DNA of 58,545 bases, counting the filler, from Asterionella formosa (taxonomy: Eukaryota), in the NCBI GenBank assembly GCA_002256025.1. It is 9 parts of 9 records of this genome, joined end to end, with 100 filler letters (N's around TTAATTAATTAA, not from the genome) between each part and the next. Parts side by side here need not be neighbours in the genome. Positions count along the whole stretch, not along the records: positions 1 to 6,437 come from NKIB01012709.1; positions 6,538 to 12,967 come from NKIB01012710.1; positions 13,068 to 19,495 come from NKIB01012711.1; 6 more parts are not named here. One strand, given 5' to 3'. The notes below the pieces were generated by a model, which saw only the letters and a program-made list of their open reading frames with translations, did not search any database and was not told the DNA's origin. Of the stretch, positions 1 through 13,192 are shown piece by piece. The translations under genes were made by a program, and so were the position numbers. How positions within the stretch are numbered: position 1 is the first letter of the stretch; every line of letters begins with the position of its first letter.

Positions 1-763
1 CTGTCAGCCAAGAGCAGCCATGGCATGCCACCATTTATTGTCTATACAAGTTTCGAATGAGTTCAGCTATGATAACTTTTGCTCCCCCCTCCTAAACACT
101 ATCTCACAACGCACCCTTGTCATAGATACAGTACGGAAGTGATAACCCGCTACCAAATTTTTATGTCTTGTAAGAATTATCGCAGCATGCATGCATTCAT
201 GACTCCTACTGGTATATACAATGCGGAAATGATGACCACCAGACTACCAATCCTATAGGTCCTGTAGAATTATCGCAACATGGCTGCATATCTACTAATG
301 AAAGGGCGGGAGGAGTCATCCACCATGCACCTGTATAGTATGAAATATGGAAATGATCAAATATTGCTAGTCTACACAAGGAGCAGTGCATCATATATGC
401 CCTGCTGTTGTTATTTTAATTCCTATGAAATCTCTTGATCTGTACTGCGCTTTTTCGCCATAATTGTTTTCATTGGCTGTTTCACTGGACAGCATTCGAA
501 TTGATTGTACTTTGAACGAAGCAATGATCAAAGTCCACCCCATTGCAGAATGGTGAGTCTCACAACTAAGTATCAGCCAGTCGATTAAAATTGGACTGTC
601 TTTTGTGCACCCTCGTTGTGTTTGTACTTGACTTGGCAGCTGTCAGCCAAGAGCAGCCATGGCATGCCACCATTTGTTGTCTATACAAGTTTCGAATGCG
701 TTCATCTATGATAACTTTTGCTCCCCCCTCCTAAACACTATCTCACAACGCACCCTTGTCATC
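1..763 (+). repeat. Direct repeat of about 125 bp (1-125 and 640-763)
   Basis: ctgtcagccaagagcagccatggcatgccacc...cacccttgtcat occurs twice with few mismatches. Confidence 0.9.
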
Positions 764-1760
764 GATTTTTCTTTATCCTTTGGCTTCACAGGCCCGGGTT
801 ACTCAATGCCTTCATCTGCAAGGAGTTCAGCAAAGCAGGTCCATGCTGGCGTCAAGAAAACCTCAACCCCGATTTTCCTCAGATGCTCCACCCATCGAAT
901 TCTTCATTGATGAAGTCAAGTGAGCTATATTGACGACATCAGGTGGTGCAGGCTTGTGTATAGATTGATGATGCCGAAAGCAATGCTTCCTTTTCCTGTA
1001 GGTATCTATTTGTCAACATTGTTTGGTTCAATCCATTCTTGTTCCCGCAAGACCAGCAGAAGCAATTATCCCTTTTCTTCTCCTCCCAAGAACCTTCATT
1101 TCTCTTTCACAATTGTCCTGATGTTTGCAGAGCATTTTTAGTTCCCTGTTGATTTTTCCACTGGTTTCGATCCCTTTTGCACCATTAAATTCAAGAAACA
1201 AGCAACTCATTGAGATTTCTGGAGGTATCGGTCAGTGGCACCATAAAGCAACAATCAACAGATCATGTCGGCTGTACTCCATTTTCTGTAGCAAGTGACA
1301 TTCAAAAAGGGTCTGGGATCATTGGGGAGAAAAATTAGTAGGATTCTCTGTGTTTGCCCCCGCCTGTTTGGCAGCCATTCTACCATTGCTTCCTCTCACC
1401 AATCAATACTAGCTAGTAGTATAGCTAATGAAAACCGTAATTAGATGAAATGTGACTTCCGGTTTCTAATATTTTACATTGTTGCACTACTGAAACTTGA
1501 ATCCATAAATGGGCATTCAACTTGTGCATGCTTCTTGCATTTTTGCAGTATAACCGGCTGGTGGGCGATAGGCCAAGCAAAGTGTCTTGCTTTTCATGAA
1601 CATCTACAAGGTACTAGTGCTTTTGTCGAGGTTTGTGTCTAATACCAACTGCTGCCATCCATTGAAATATTCCAGATACATCAAAGAATACGCTCCTGTC
1701 TTTCAAGGTACTAAGGAACTAGTGCGTACGATGACAAAGAAAATCTAACGAGACATGAAA
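480..1760 (-). pseudogene. Degenerate IS630/Tc1-mariner-like DDE transposase
   Basis: Manual minus-strand translation across frameshifts gives, in the expected order: GFRHK...(Y)FVDVHEK...AYRP (read most cleanly from the duplicate copy at about 2445-2540), AHLWIQ, LVLREQEWIEP, DFINEE, IGVEVFLTP...AELLADEGIE*. These resemble the YVDGHE / LxERGW / DF / TPKxHxELAGEGIEY motifs of protist and fungal Tc1-mariner-like transposases. Boundaries approximate. Confidence 0.6.
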
Positions 1761-3294
1761 ATTACGAAACCAGAATCACTCTGTTACTATAAATAGACAG
1801 TCTCATGCTTCGCTCTTTGTGCATATCGCCTGCTATGCTGCGTTTCAATTCTAGATGTATTACATTCTTGTTAGAGAGACGATGTTACGGATAAGTAGAT
1901 TGTGTTGTTCTATAATGGATGTTTTTTAGCTAGTATGATTGAGGTTGTAACACTGATTGATGCTCTGGTGACAGACCGGCCGGAAATATTCGTCTTGTGT
2001 GATGAGCCATTTCGTTTTCATTGGATTTCTTTTCAAGCTCTTAACGGATTGCATAGTACGAACATACTGTACAATGTAGATGATGATTCATCGAAGACAT
2101 ATGATGACTAGAATGACAAATGAAGATTTCATCACAAACATTCGTTCCTCTCGACATGGCTGCTTTGTCGTTGTTGCAAAAATCAGAGTGAGGACTGGCA
2201 AGGATGATGAGCCAAACCACATTACTTTCACTGGTACATTCTCCTACCAAGAAATTTAAATAAAGGAACCTAGTAAAAGAAACAATACATATAATAATAA
2301 AATTTCCTTAGTCAAAAGGGTTACTATTTAAATTACGAGGGCATTTATCAAAATTATTAGATGATATAACGAAAAATTATGATCAGATGATCATAATCCT
2401 ATATTGCATCATGGAAATATGATGGTTTTTATTTGCAGACGCTGGTGGTCGATAGGCCAACAAAGTGTCTGCTGGCTTTTCATGAACATCTACAAAGTAA
2501 GGCTTTTGTCGAGTTTTATGTCTAAATCCAACCGCTGCCATCTATTGAACCATTCCAGATACATCAAAGAATACGCCCCTGTTGTCAAAGGCAAGGAACT
2601 AGTACAATAGCAAAGGAAATCTGATGAGACATGAAAGTTACGAAACCGGAATCACGACTCTGTTACTAGTATACATAGACAGTCTCTTGCTTCTTTGTGC
2701 ATATCTCCTGTTATGCTGTGTCATTTCAATTCTAGATGTATTATGTTCTCATTAGAGAGACGATGTAATATAGAAGTAGATTGTGCTGTTCTATAATGGA
2801 TGTTGTTTACTATGATTGAGGTTGTAACACTGATTGATGCTCCGGTGACAGACCGGAAATATTCGTCCTGTTTTGTTTTCATTGGATTTCTTTTCAAGCT
2901 CTTAACGGATTGCAAACGAACACACTGTGCACTGTAGATGATGATTCATCGAAGACATAAGATGACTTCAACGACAAATGAAGATTTTGTCACAAACACT
3001 TGTTCCTCTCGACTTGGCTGCTTTGTCGTTGTTGCAAGAATCAGAGTGAGAACTGGAGAGGATGATGAGCCAAACCACATAATTTTAGCTGGTACATTAT
3101 CTTACCAAGAAATTTACATAAAGGAACCTAATAGAAACAATACATGTAACAAATAAATATACATAGTCAAAAGGGTTACTATTTAAATTACGAGGGCATT
3201 TATCAAAATTATTAGATGATATAACAAAAAATATGATCAGATGATCATTATCCCATGATGCATCATAGGAATATGATGGTTTTTATTTGGAGAC
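1557..3294 (+). repeat. Diverged tandem duplication, units 1557-2440 and 2441-3294, covering the 5' part of the transposase remnant
   Basis: Both units start gctggtgg.cgataggccaa and end atgatggtttttatttg.agac; colinear with scattered substitutions and indels. Confidence 0.92.
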
Positions 3295-3699
3295 GGAGGC
3301 ACAGATAGAATATGTTTGCCAGCAGTCAATGCTGTAAAGGTGGTTGGGGACTCACCTACGACGCTAACAAAACAAGGGAAGCACTTGCCTGGCCTTGTAA
3401 GTAGGTAGCAAAATGAAAGACTTGTTGCCTATAGAAATAGGTGATTATGAATGGGCTATTAAATATACTATCCCTGTATATTGAAATTAATTGGGCCGGC
3501 AAGAAATCAATATAAATTTCTTATGCTGTCACTTTCTCGTGTGGAAGTTTTGGTAAACAAATTGCGATAGCTTTGTTCTTGGAGCTCTACTCTTGGGCTG
3601 CACTCCTCATGTCATTTGGAGAATTGGTTATTTATGGTGGGTTGCGTGTAGAATCGCCCTTTTTTCGCACTTCCTGTGGTTTTTGTTGTGTTTCGTGCT

Positions 3700-5100
3700 T
3701 TTTTGATGGAAAATACGCTTGAATTGATTGTTATCCTGCTTCTGCTGCTCCCTTGCTTGGAAGCGGAAAAAATATATTTTTCTCTTTCTAAAAATCTAAA
3801 ACTTTTTTTCTAAGCCTCGTCGTCAATAACTCCTCTATCTTTGTTCCGAATAGATGAACATCTCTCCTGGATATTTCCCTTTTTCTGCTGTATTATCTCT
3901 TAATTTTTTCATCATGTTCCGATTGGGAACTCGTGTTGTTTTTCCCATTATGAAGCACCTCGTTTCTATCTTTCCATGCATGCTCCAATGATTACTTTCC
4001 ACAATTGATGTATTGCCGATGTAGCCCAGCTGTTGCGCTGCGCTTCTGTTGTTTGCCGATCTTCCTCTGAATGGTGGTAAACCGCGCTTTTCCTTACCTT
4101 GCCAAAATACCCCCTCAGCGTTAAAATTAGGCCTAGTTTGTTTTGTTGTTCTATTGCCTTTAAAATCCTTCCTTTCATTGTTTCCGAAGTTCCCGGGTCG
4201 AAGTTGGTTTTAAATTTCTCCTTGCGCTGTGATAGTATTTGTTTTATGTACTGTAGCCATGCAGATGAGACGCATTTTCTCACATGAACTTGCTGCGCTC
4301 TGGAGGACATTGCTGATAATCTTGTTTCTCGCTTGTACCTATTCTTTGGACTTTGACACTCGATAATCTGTTCATTTGTTTCCCTATTTCCACACATCGG
4401 ACAATTATCATTTCCTTGGAGAATTAACTTCTTCCTTCGCACTCCTGTGGGGAGCCATCCATGTAGGTATTTAGTGAGAAATATTTTGTCTGTGCATGTC
4501 TGGTGATTTTTGTATGCTTTAGCAAGATTTTCCCAATCCACTAATGTTGCTTTTGAGTTTCCATGTTTTTCCCCAAAATAGATATTGTCAGTTTCTTAAC
4601 TATATACTCTGTCTCATTCGCTCTGCTGTCGAAGTGTGTATACGCTGATTATTGATAATAAGACTTGCCTGCATTTTAGGAAAAAGGCTGGAGCTATTTC
4701 TTGGCCCTCCTTTCTTGGCAACCGAAGGACATCTTTCAAGAAAATTCGATGCCATTATGTCGACTGTAATGTTCATTTGCGCCTCTACTGTCAATTTCTT
4801 AGCTGTTTTGTCTGCATCCTGATGAGCCTTGATCCAATTCAGCCTAACTGTTACTGGTATGGTTTTGATGATCCTCGAAATTAGAGACTCAATGTCTGCA
4901 TTGGCTGGTGGTCTCCCAATATGTCAACTCCACGATAAAAATCTGATTCTAGACAGGGCAGCTGCACTGTCAGTCCATATCTTTACCTCTGACGTTGTGT
5001 CTATCATGCCGCTGTTTGAGTGGGAATGGAGTTTCGAGAGCTCTGAGTATGCAGCGTCCACGCAAAGGAGCATCTAGCTAGTAGTAGAGTCCGATTCCAT
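3700..5100 (-). mobile_element. Non-LTR retrotransposon (LINE) remnant: RNase H and C-terminal Cys-rich region
   Basis: IWTDSAAAL and LNWIKAHQD...EAQMNITVD (RNase H); KYLHGWLPTG, CPMCGNRETNEQIIEC and SWATSAIHQLWK in ORF 3966-4541; frameshifted. Confidence 0.75.
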
Positions 5101-6038
5101 GGACCCATCTTCAATTAAATCTTATAGTACATTTAAGCTATCCAATAATTGCACTCGGGCCCACCAAATAAATGGACACAATTATTACCGGTTTTTTCGT
5201 CTGTATGGTACTACAACAGGACCTGTCTTTTTGTCAGCCGCACCCCCCAGAACCCTGGTTGGAAACTACATGAAAATTACAGGCGGAGAATGCAGGAATC
5301 GAACCTGCCACTGCAGAAAGGTGTGTGCTAACCACTAAGCCATTCCCCTAAATGATAGTCAGTACAAAATTATACATTGAGGTATTTTCTTGTATTTTGA
5401 GTGTATCCTCTCCAAGATTTCTATTGCTCAAGTTTTCTCATCTATTTGTAAAGAAGATAAAAATAATCTAGTAGAAGTTATCAAGCTGCCTAGTCACCAT
5501 GGACTCAATGATGTCTCGTTTTTGTTCATATCCTCAAAACTGAGTAAACAACGATGAAAACAAAATCTAGCAGCAATTTCAAAATTTTTATTGTCAATTC
5601 TATCGATCAGAACCCGGAGAATCCCCTAGAAATACATGAAGCGCACGAGCCAAAATAACCCCCGTTTGTATTCTCATAATGATGTGTTCATTTTGAGTAC
5701 AGGTGCTGTACAGTTAACAATAAATGTATGCACAACAGAAATACCGAAATACGGTACCTGGTACCGGTAATCACTTGGCTGGAGTGGATGAACGTTGCAC
5801 ATGCTGGAGCTGTATACAATCCACTCCAAACTGCTACAAGTAGCAGGTAGACCAGCAAGTTGCGGTCATTTTGCTTAAATAAACAATTTAATTTGGGATA
5901 AAAATAGCTAAATCTTTACTTCAGCAAAATAGGAGCAACTTGCTGGTGTACCTAGTACTGCATTGCCGTTCTATGACTACCCGGTACTACGAACGTACCC
6001 GAAAATAAATCAACTCTCAGCGCAACCTTTTATGGCCA

Positions 6039-6347
6039 TACATATAGTCGTAGCTGTGTACTGCACTGGTAGTTAACTAGCCCCTTCGACAAAGCTCGCG
6101 ATGTACATATACCGGTACTTGAGTACAGGGTAGACTGGGTACCAGGTACCAGTACATATAGTCGTAGCTTTGTTGTGCACCGGCACCTTCGACAAAAAAG
6201 CTATGTAGCGATGTACCGGTACTCGTTTAGACTGGGTACCTGGTACCAGGTACCTGGCACATAAAGTCGTCGCTATGTAGTGCAGTGGTAGTTAACTAGC
6301 ACCTTCGACAAAGCTCAGTATATATACTGCCTTGTATAGACTGGGTA
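6039..6347 (+). repeat. Three degenerate tandem units of about 110 bp, separated by GGTACC(A/T) motifs
   Basis: cata.a.agtcgt.gct...ccttcgacaaa...tagactgggta recurs near 6039, 6152 and 6259. Confidence 0.75.
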
Positions 6348-6437
6348 ATACCATCACCTCTAATAGCTTTGTCATGAAATGAAATCCCTTGTTGTACCTC
6401 CCCAGTTTTCTAGTAATATGCATGTTAACATGCAAAC

Positions 6438-6537
6438 NNNNNNNNNNNNNNNNNNNNNNNNNNNNNNNNNNNNNNNNNNNNTTAATTAATTAANNNNNNN
6501 NNNNNNNNNNNNNNNNNNNNNNNNNNNNNNNNNNNNN
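6438..6537. other. Artificial contig spacer (44 N + TTAATTAATTAA + 44 N); identical spacers at 12968-13067, 19496-19595, 26023-26122, 32545-32644, 39054-39153, 45562-45661, 52057-52156
   Basis: Eight identical 100-bp blocks; TTAATTAATTAA gives stops in all six frames; the intervening contigs decrease strictly in length. Confidence 0.99.
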
Positions 6538-7152
6538 TCTCAACATTTAGAGAATCCAGGTGATGCCCATTGGAGTGCTGTTGAACGTTTGTTAGGTTTC
6601 ATTGCAACTGATGAAAGGAACAGAAAATTAAAAATGAGACCGCCACATGAATTACGAGTTCAAGACGTGGTAGACAGCTCATTTGGGGACAATCCAGATA
6701 CAAGGAAATCGACAAGTGCATATTTGGGTACGATTGGTGGTGCATCGCTAGTGAATTGGATTTCGAAAGGACAGAAGATTGTTACTGTTTCCAGCACTGA
6801 AGCAGAGTATGTGGCTCTATCAGATGGATCAAAGGAAACTACGTTTATAATGAATCTACTCAATGAAGTTGAATACGTGGAAATGCCCAGTATCATTGCA
6901 GAAGACAATACAGGTGCGATTTTTCTATCAAAGAATCAGCAGGTTGGTTCACGAACTAAGCACATTGATGTAAGATATCATTTCATACGAGAAAAGGTGA
7001 AGGCTGGGGATATTAGAGTTGACTATGTGAATACTTTAAAGAATCCTGCAGACCTACTTTCAAAGAATGTCACTCAGAAAATTCATGACACTCATGCAAC
7101 CCACATTATGAATGGGACCATGGATTGTTGGTTTCGAGATCAGGGAGGGTGA
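6538..7152 (+). mobile_element. Ty1/Copia pol 3' end (RNase H)
   Basis: DVVDSSF...TRKSTS, SSTEAEY, EDNTGA, RTKHIDVRYHF, NPADLLSKN; polypurine tract AGGGAGGG just before TG at 7150. Confidence 0.93.
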
Positions 7153-7340
7153 TAAAATATATGGAATCCAACGAATCGAGAATCAATATTCTTAGTAGTG
7201 ATTAGAAACCAAGACCCAAAAACATCTCGTCATTTATTGACAAATGACTGGAGATGTTTACTTATTGACAAATGACTGGACTGGAGATGTTTACTTATTG
7301 ACAAATGACTGGAGATGTTACTTATTAATAAGTGAGCTTT
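7150..7340 (+). repeat. Copia 3' LTR (truncated) with internal tandem repeats of about 27-30 bp
   Basis: Starts TG after the polypurine tract; close match to the reverse complement of 55590-55742; contains (ttattgacaaatgactggagatgtttac)n. Confidence 0.85.
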
Positions 7341-7531
7341 TTTATAATGGTTTTGTCACCTTAAGTCACAGTAGATGGGTGGTTGACAGCATTTAGGATT
7401 TCCCAAAAACCGATAGCATCGTTTTTTCGTCAGTTGACCAAAACCAAAACCAATCCCAAAAAAAAATATTGGGTTTTGGTTTGGGTCAACGGTTAAGCAA
7501 CGGCCTTAAGCAGTTTTTGACTGGTACCAGG

Positions 7532-8672
7532 TGAGCAATCCTGCACATCGATACAGATGTTTATGGGGTTAGGGTTATATCAAATATATCGGAGCTCGAC
7601 TAACACCTATTGTAAACTCTGATGTCAACTTGGGAAACAAGTTGTACATAAGATTAATTAGCTCATATATTCAACAAATACTACTACTTCAATTTAGATA
7701 CTTCACTTTGAATTCAAAAAGAGTCGAATTAGAAGAAAAAAATGGCAATGTATTCAAGGGTTCCTGTGATTCCTTTGATCAAAGACTACAATGTATTGAC
7801 TATCAAGACTAAAACATTCAGAATTGCTTTATCCGGTGGAAGGTTTGAATCGTTTGATCAAGATATGATTGATGGCAGCTCAGTGGAAGCATTGTTAATT
7901 GGAGTGAGTCATCCTATCTTGACAGACAATAATCAATATCCTCTGGATTATTATTTAATACATGATAGACAATCGCTGGATATACAATTGATTCTCAATC
8001 AACAAAGACATCCATTAAAATTTCCTTCTATCAATTTTCATGATATTTTTAATATGTTTTGTGAAGAATCCTATTATTAATTGGTATCATCAGATGTTAG
8101 CCCATGTGGGTATGACAAGATTAAATGCTACAATTTCTACACATTTTTATCACCCTACATTAATAGCAAAAGTGGAACATATTGTAAGCATATGTGAAGC
8201 ATGTCAAAGGACAAAATTATCTGGTACTGGTTTTGGTGAACTTCCACCCAGGAATGCATTGTTATTACCATGGTCAGAAGTCGCACCAGTAGATCTAATT
8301 GGTCCATGGAAGATAACAGTTACCATGGTCAGAAGTCGCACCAGTAGATCTAATTGGTCCATGGAAGATAACAGTGGCTGCTCAAGCGATTGAATTTCGT
8401 GCTCTAACTTGTATTGACACAGTCACCAATTTAGCAGAAATTTCACGTATCAACAAAAAAAATCAGAATATATTGCAATGAAATTTGAAAATGATTGGTT
8501 AGCCAGATATCCCCGTCCAGAAAGTTGTATACATGACAATGGAGGTGAATTTACTGGTGTTCCTTTCTTACACATGTTAGTATTGAATGGAATTAAAGAT
8601 ATGACTACTACAGTAAAGAATCCACAAACAAGCAAATGCTATCTGTGAACGTTTACATCAATCTATCAGCAA
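7532..8672 (+). mobile_element. Internally deleted Ty3/Gypsy copy (5' LTR, gag start, integrase), same family as 33656-38458
   Basis: 7532-7910 aligns to 33656-34035, then jumps to the sequence at about 37415; integrase HHCC finger (WYHQMLAH...CEAC) and HDNGGEF present. Confidence 0.92.
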
Positions 8673-11600
8673 TGCTGAGAAGCAAATCACCATTGACCCA
8701 TCAAAAGGTAGGACCTGGTCTGGCAAACTTGTGGGATTTGTAGAGTGGTACACCCAAGGCATCGATTCTTCAAAATGAGTATGTCCTGATTGTTGTTGGC
8801 AAATTTCTACATTCAGTACAACCTTGCTCAGTGTTGGAGAAATTATTTTAGGAAAGAAAATAGAATCGAATGAATCAAAAAAGAATATGGTACCAGACAG
8901 AACAACTCAGAATTCGAAAACAATCTACATCGCCAGTAAAACCCATAATTCTAGCTAATAAAACTCTTAGGAACTATTACAATCGATTATGGATACATCG
9001 TTGTTCATATCTACAGCCTATTTGGTCCCTGACGTGTCCTTACAGGATACAAGAAAGCATAGAGTGCTTCGGGACGCAATTTCAACAGTTTTAGTAGAAT
9101 TAGCCGGCCAGGCAGAGCCGTGATATCACAATCAACAACAGGTGGCACGTTGAGAGTCCGGAGACAAGATCTGAGGGTACCAGACCATCCAGAGTCTGAA
9201 GAAGTCGCAAAAGGCGCATCATGAGTGGCAGAGGAAAGTTCACCAAGAAGGCTCAAGCCAAGGGCAAGTTTCAAGCCAAGGGAGGAAGCAATATTGCTTC
9301 TCACTCCATCAAGAAGTCAATCAATGACTACAGCTACTACCTCGGATCAGCAAAGCAAGCATCCGACTATGAGAACACTACGGAGTATCTCATAAACTAC
9401 ATCAAGAAAGTATTTGATTATGGCAGCGACATTGGAATTGCGCTTAAGTCATTAGAACCAATCAACACATTGGTATGGAAGCCAAGAATGCAAGTGAGCA
9501 TTGCAACAACAGAAGAAGATCGCGCTGCAGAGAATCGACAATATGAGATTGAGTTCAAGGCCGATTATGACACCTACAGTAAAAGGGTACAGGCCTACGA
9601 AAATAATAATACCAAGGCATTTGCGTTGCTCTGGGAAAGATGCAACAAAGCCATGAAGAACAAAATTGAGGCGAGATCCGATTACAATAGGATCGAAAAT
9701 AACACAATAACATTGCTTATGGCAATTAAAGAACACGCACTAAATTTTCAAGAAAATCGATATTCAATGTCGATCATTTAAGATGCGATGAGAACGCTTT
9801 TATTTACAATGCAGAAAGAAGGAGAAAGTCTACAAGACTACACCAAGAGATTTCGTGTGGCACAGGATGTGCTCAAGTCACACATGGGAGGACCCATTAT
9901 CCTCACCAAGTTCGTTGAAGCCATGGATGGATATAACGAGACCGACATCAAGCAACGAGATAAATTTCGTGAACAAGCTTTCAGTCAATTTATGGCATAT
10001 TTATATCTCGATAATGCCGACAAGGCCAAATATGGATCAATTATGACCGGGCTGAACACTCAACAATCACTTGGCAACGATCAATACCCGAAGAGCATCA
10101 CCAAATCAAATAATGTTCTCAGCAACTATCGGTTCGACGTAACAAATAAACTCAACAGTTACAAGAAACCAGGAGACCCTAATAAAGACAAAGAACAAAA
10201 GGATGCAGGGAAGCAGGATGAAGATGTGAACTTATCGTTTGCACAGTTAGAAGGAAAATGTTACTGCTGCGGAAAAGCAGGTCACAAATCTCCTTCGTGC
10301 CGAAACAAGAATAAACCCAAAGAGGAATGGGCAATTAACAAGGCCCAAAGCCATGCACAGGCACAGGCTAACACATCCGACACGAGTACAGTTACCTCTG
10401 TTAATTTCAACAACCCGCCATCATCGCAAGCTTCACAACAAGCAAATGTCAATCAATTTGGATGGACGGGAGCTCATATGAAAATAAAATTTTACCAAGC
10501 ATCTGAGATGCGTGACTGGATACTATTGGATAATCAATCAAGTGTCACAGTCTTTTGCAATCCAAAAATGGTTGAAAACATTCAAATGTCAACCAACGGA
10601 AGCATGCACCTGGCCACAAATGGTGGATCCATGGTCACAAATATGAAGGCTGATCTTCCACAATGGGGAGAAGTATGGTTTAACGAAAAGGCAATCACAA
10701 ACATCTTCAGTTATGCCCAAATGGCAGATAGGTACAGAATTACCTACGACTCTGTGAAAGAAGATGCATTCATTGTTCATTTGCCTGACAAGCCAGTTCG
10801 ATTCAAAAGAATTGGGATTAACTTATATGTTTTCAAGCCTACTACAACAATTAAAGCGGAAAATGCTCAAATGTTTAATTCGGTTGAAGAAAACAAAACA
10901 TTTTACACTGAGCGTCAATTTGAAAGAGCCAAGCGAGCTTGTGATATATTTCATGCCTTAGAAGGTACACCATCAATTAATGACTTCAAGGCAATAATTT
11001 GTGTGGCACCATCAATTAATGACTTCAAGGCAATAATTCGTATGAATACGATCAACAATAATCCAGTGACTACCGATGATATCAAAATTGCAGAGAAAAT
11101 TTTTGGACCTGACATCGGAACACTAAAAGGCAAGACAACTCGTCGCAAGCCGCTGCCAGTCGTGAACGACTACATCGAGATTCCTAATGAGCTTATCCGA
11201 GCTCAACGCGAAGTGACTCTTTGCATGGATGGAATGAAAGTGAATGGACAATCATTTCTCACAACAATTTCTTGAAACATTATGTATACTACAGCGCAAT
11301 GGGTCAAGAATCAGACAGCTGAAGTCTATCGAGATGCTTTGATTCAAGTATTCCGTGTTTATAATACCGGAGAATTTAAAATTACAACAATTCACTGTGA
11401 CAACGAGTTTCGACCTTTGATGGAACAAATTTCCAATGAATTTCAAGTCACTATGAACTACATAAACCCACAAGAACATGTTCCTGAAGCGGAGCGAAAT
11501 AATCGAGTGATTAAAGAATGCGTGCGTGCAGCTTATCGTCGATTACCTTTCAAACATTTGCCACGACTGATGATTAAGATTCTAGTGACAGACAGAATCT

Positions 11601-12967
11601 GCAAAGAAACTGAATTTCTTTCCGGCAAAGGATGGGATATCCCCGTACTACAGTCCTCGTATGATTTTACATCAACGAAACCTGGACTATGCTCGACATT
11701 GCCAGTATACATTTGGCACATATGTCCAAGCACATGAAGAACCAGTGTTTTCAAACACTAATGCACCACGCAACCTAGATTGCATTTATCTATGCTACAA
11801 TGAAAATGTGCAAGGTGGTCATGAATTGTTACACCTACCTACAAATTCATTGATCACTAGACGAACAATTACTCCTATAACACTTGCCCCAGCAATCATG
11901 AATCAAGTACACGCCCTTGCTGTGCAGGAAAATATGCCAGATGGTCTCAAGATAGCAAATCAAACGGGACAACTATTTTATGATAGTGCTTGGATTGCAG
12001 GAGTGGATTATGATAATGAAGCATTTGAAGATGCACAAGATGAAGATTATGAAGATCAAGACGCTAGTGAAAACGAAAGCAATGATGAAATTCTCGGAGA
12101 AAAAGACTATGATGAAATGACTCCGGATAAAATATATGAAGCAGAACAGCTCAAATTAAACAATATCCAAGAGGATGACCATGAACCTGAGGGCAACAAT
12201 GAACATAATGTTGAAATAAATGCAGATGAGATCCAAGATGAGGATGAAGAACCAGTAAATAAAACTGAAAATGAAGAGGCATTGTTAGAAGTCAATCCAA
12301 GCACTCAGGATGACACAGACCCAAATGTTAGAACTACAAGGTCTGGAAGAGTCTCAAGACCACCATCAAAATTAACTATGGTACAAAATCATTTGCACAC
12401 CCAAGCACACTGTCAAGAAGAGTACACGACTGATAATGCGAAAGTGATCGCAAAGACAATGTGTTATATGAATGAGATGTGTATCGATAAAGAAGCATTT
12501 CACTTTGTTCAGTCATACAGCTTAAGGAAAGGCCTCAAGAAATTTGGCCAGAAAGGAAGAGACGCTGCCTATAAAGAAATGAAACAACTACATGATAGAG
12601 TTGTGTTTGAACCGATTAGGATTGAAGACCTAACCGATATCGAAAAGCGACGTGCAATGGAAAGCCTAATTTTTTTGGTTGAAAAGAGAGATAAGAGCAT
12701 TAAAGGCAGAGCATGTGCCAATGGCAGTTCGCAACGTGAATACATGGAAAGAGATGAAGCAGCTAGTCCAACTACCATGACTGAATCTGTTATGATAACA
12801 GCAACAATTGATGCGAAGCAAAATCGCGATGTTATGACTGCAGATATACCCAATGCATTTGTGCAAGTGGATATCGATGAGAAAGAAAAAGGGGAACGAA
12901 TCATTATGAAGATTAGAGGTTTGCTTGTCAATATGTTGACAGAACTCAGCCCCGAGACTTATGAAAA
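8673..12967 (+). mobile_element. Diatom-type Ty1/Copia element (5' LTR about 8673-9087; gag-PR-IN-RT) nested in the Gypsy integrase and cut by the contig end
   Basis: Gypsy homology stops abruptly at TG 8673. Gag starts at 9221; zinc knuckle CYCCGKAGHKSPSC, protease LLDNQS, integrase HCDNEF and EAERNNR, RT ADIPNAF. IN-before-RT order is Copia. Stops at 9779 and 11273, frameshift near 11590. Confidence 0.92.
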
Positions 12968-13067
12968 NNNNNNNNNNNNNNNNNNNNNNNNNNNNNNNNN
13001 NNNNNNNNNNNTTAATTAATTAANNNNNNNNNNNNNNNNNNNNNNNNNNNNNNNNNNNNNNNNNNNN

Positions 13068-13192
13068 ACATGAAACCGTTAAAAGTAATCTTTTTTACGT
13101 GAAGAGTGGCATTAATGCATGTGAAGTACCACATAATTAACACTCATACGTAGACGAAATTTCGAAAAGTGGCGTATTTCGCGGCTTAGATG
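13068..13192 (-). mobile_element. Left end of CATCTAAG-TIR DNA transposon
   Basis: Reverse complement of 49581-49705; ends cgcggcttagatg. Confidence 0.9.

Noticed and set aside
7230..7330. CRISPR-like array (also 19596-19668, 25248-25466, 48278-48345)
   Set aside because: Repeats are head-to-tail or too short, with no unique spacers; no cas genes; eukaryotic TE context.
9779..9787. Programmed stop readthrough in the Copia polyprotein
   Set aside because: The stop falls in mid-Gag before the zinc knuckle, and the same copy has another stop and a frameshift, so mutation is the simpler explanation.
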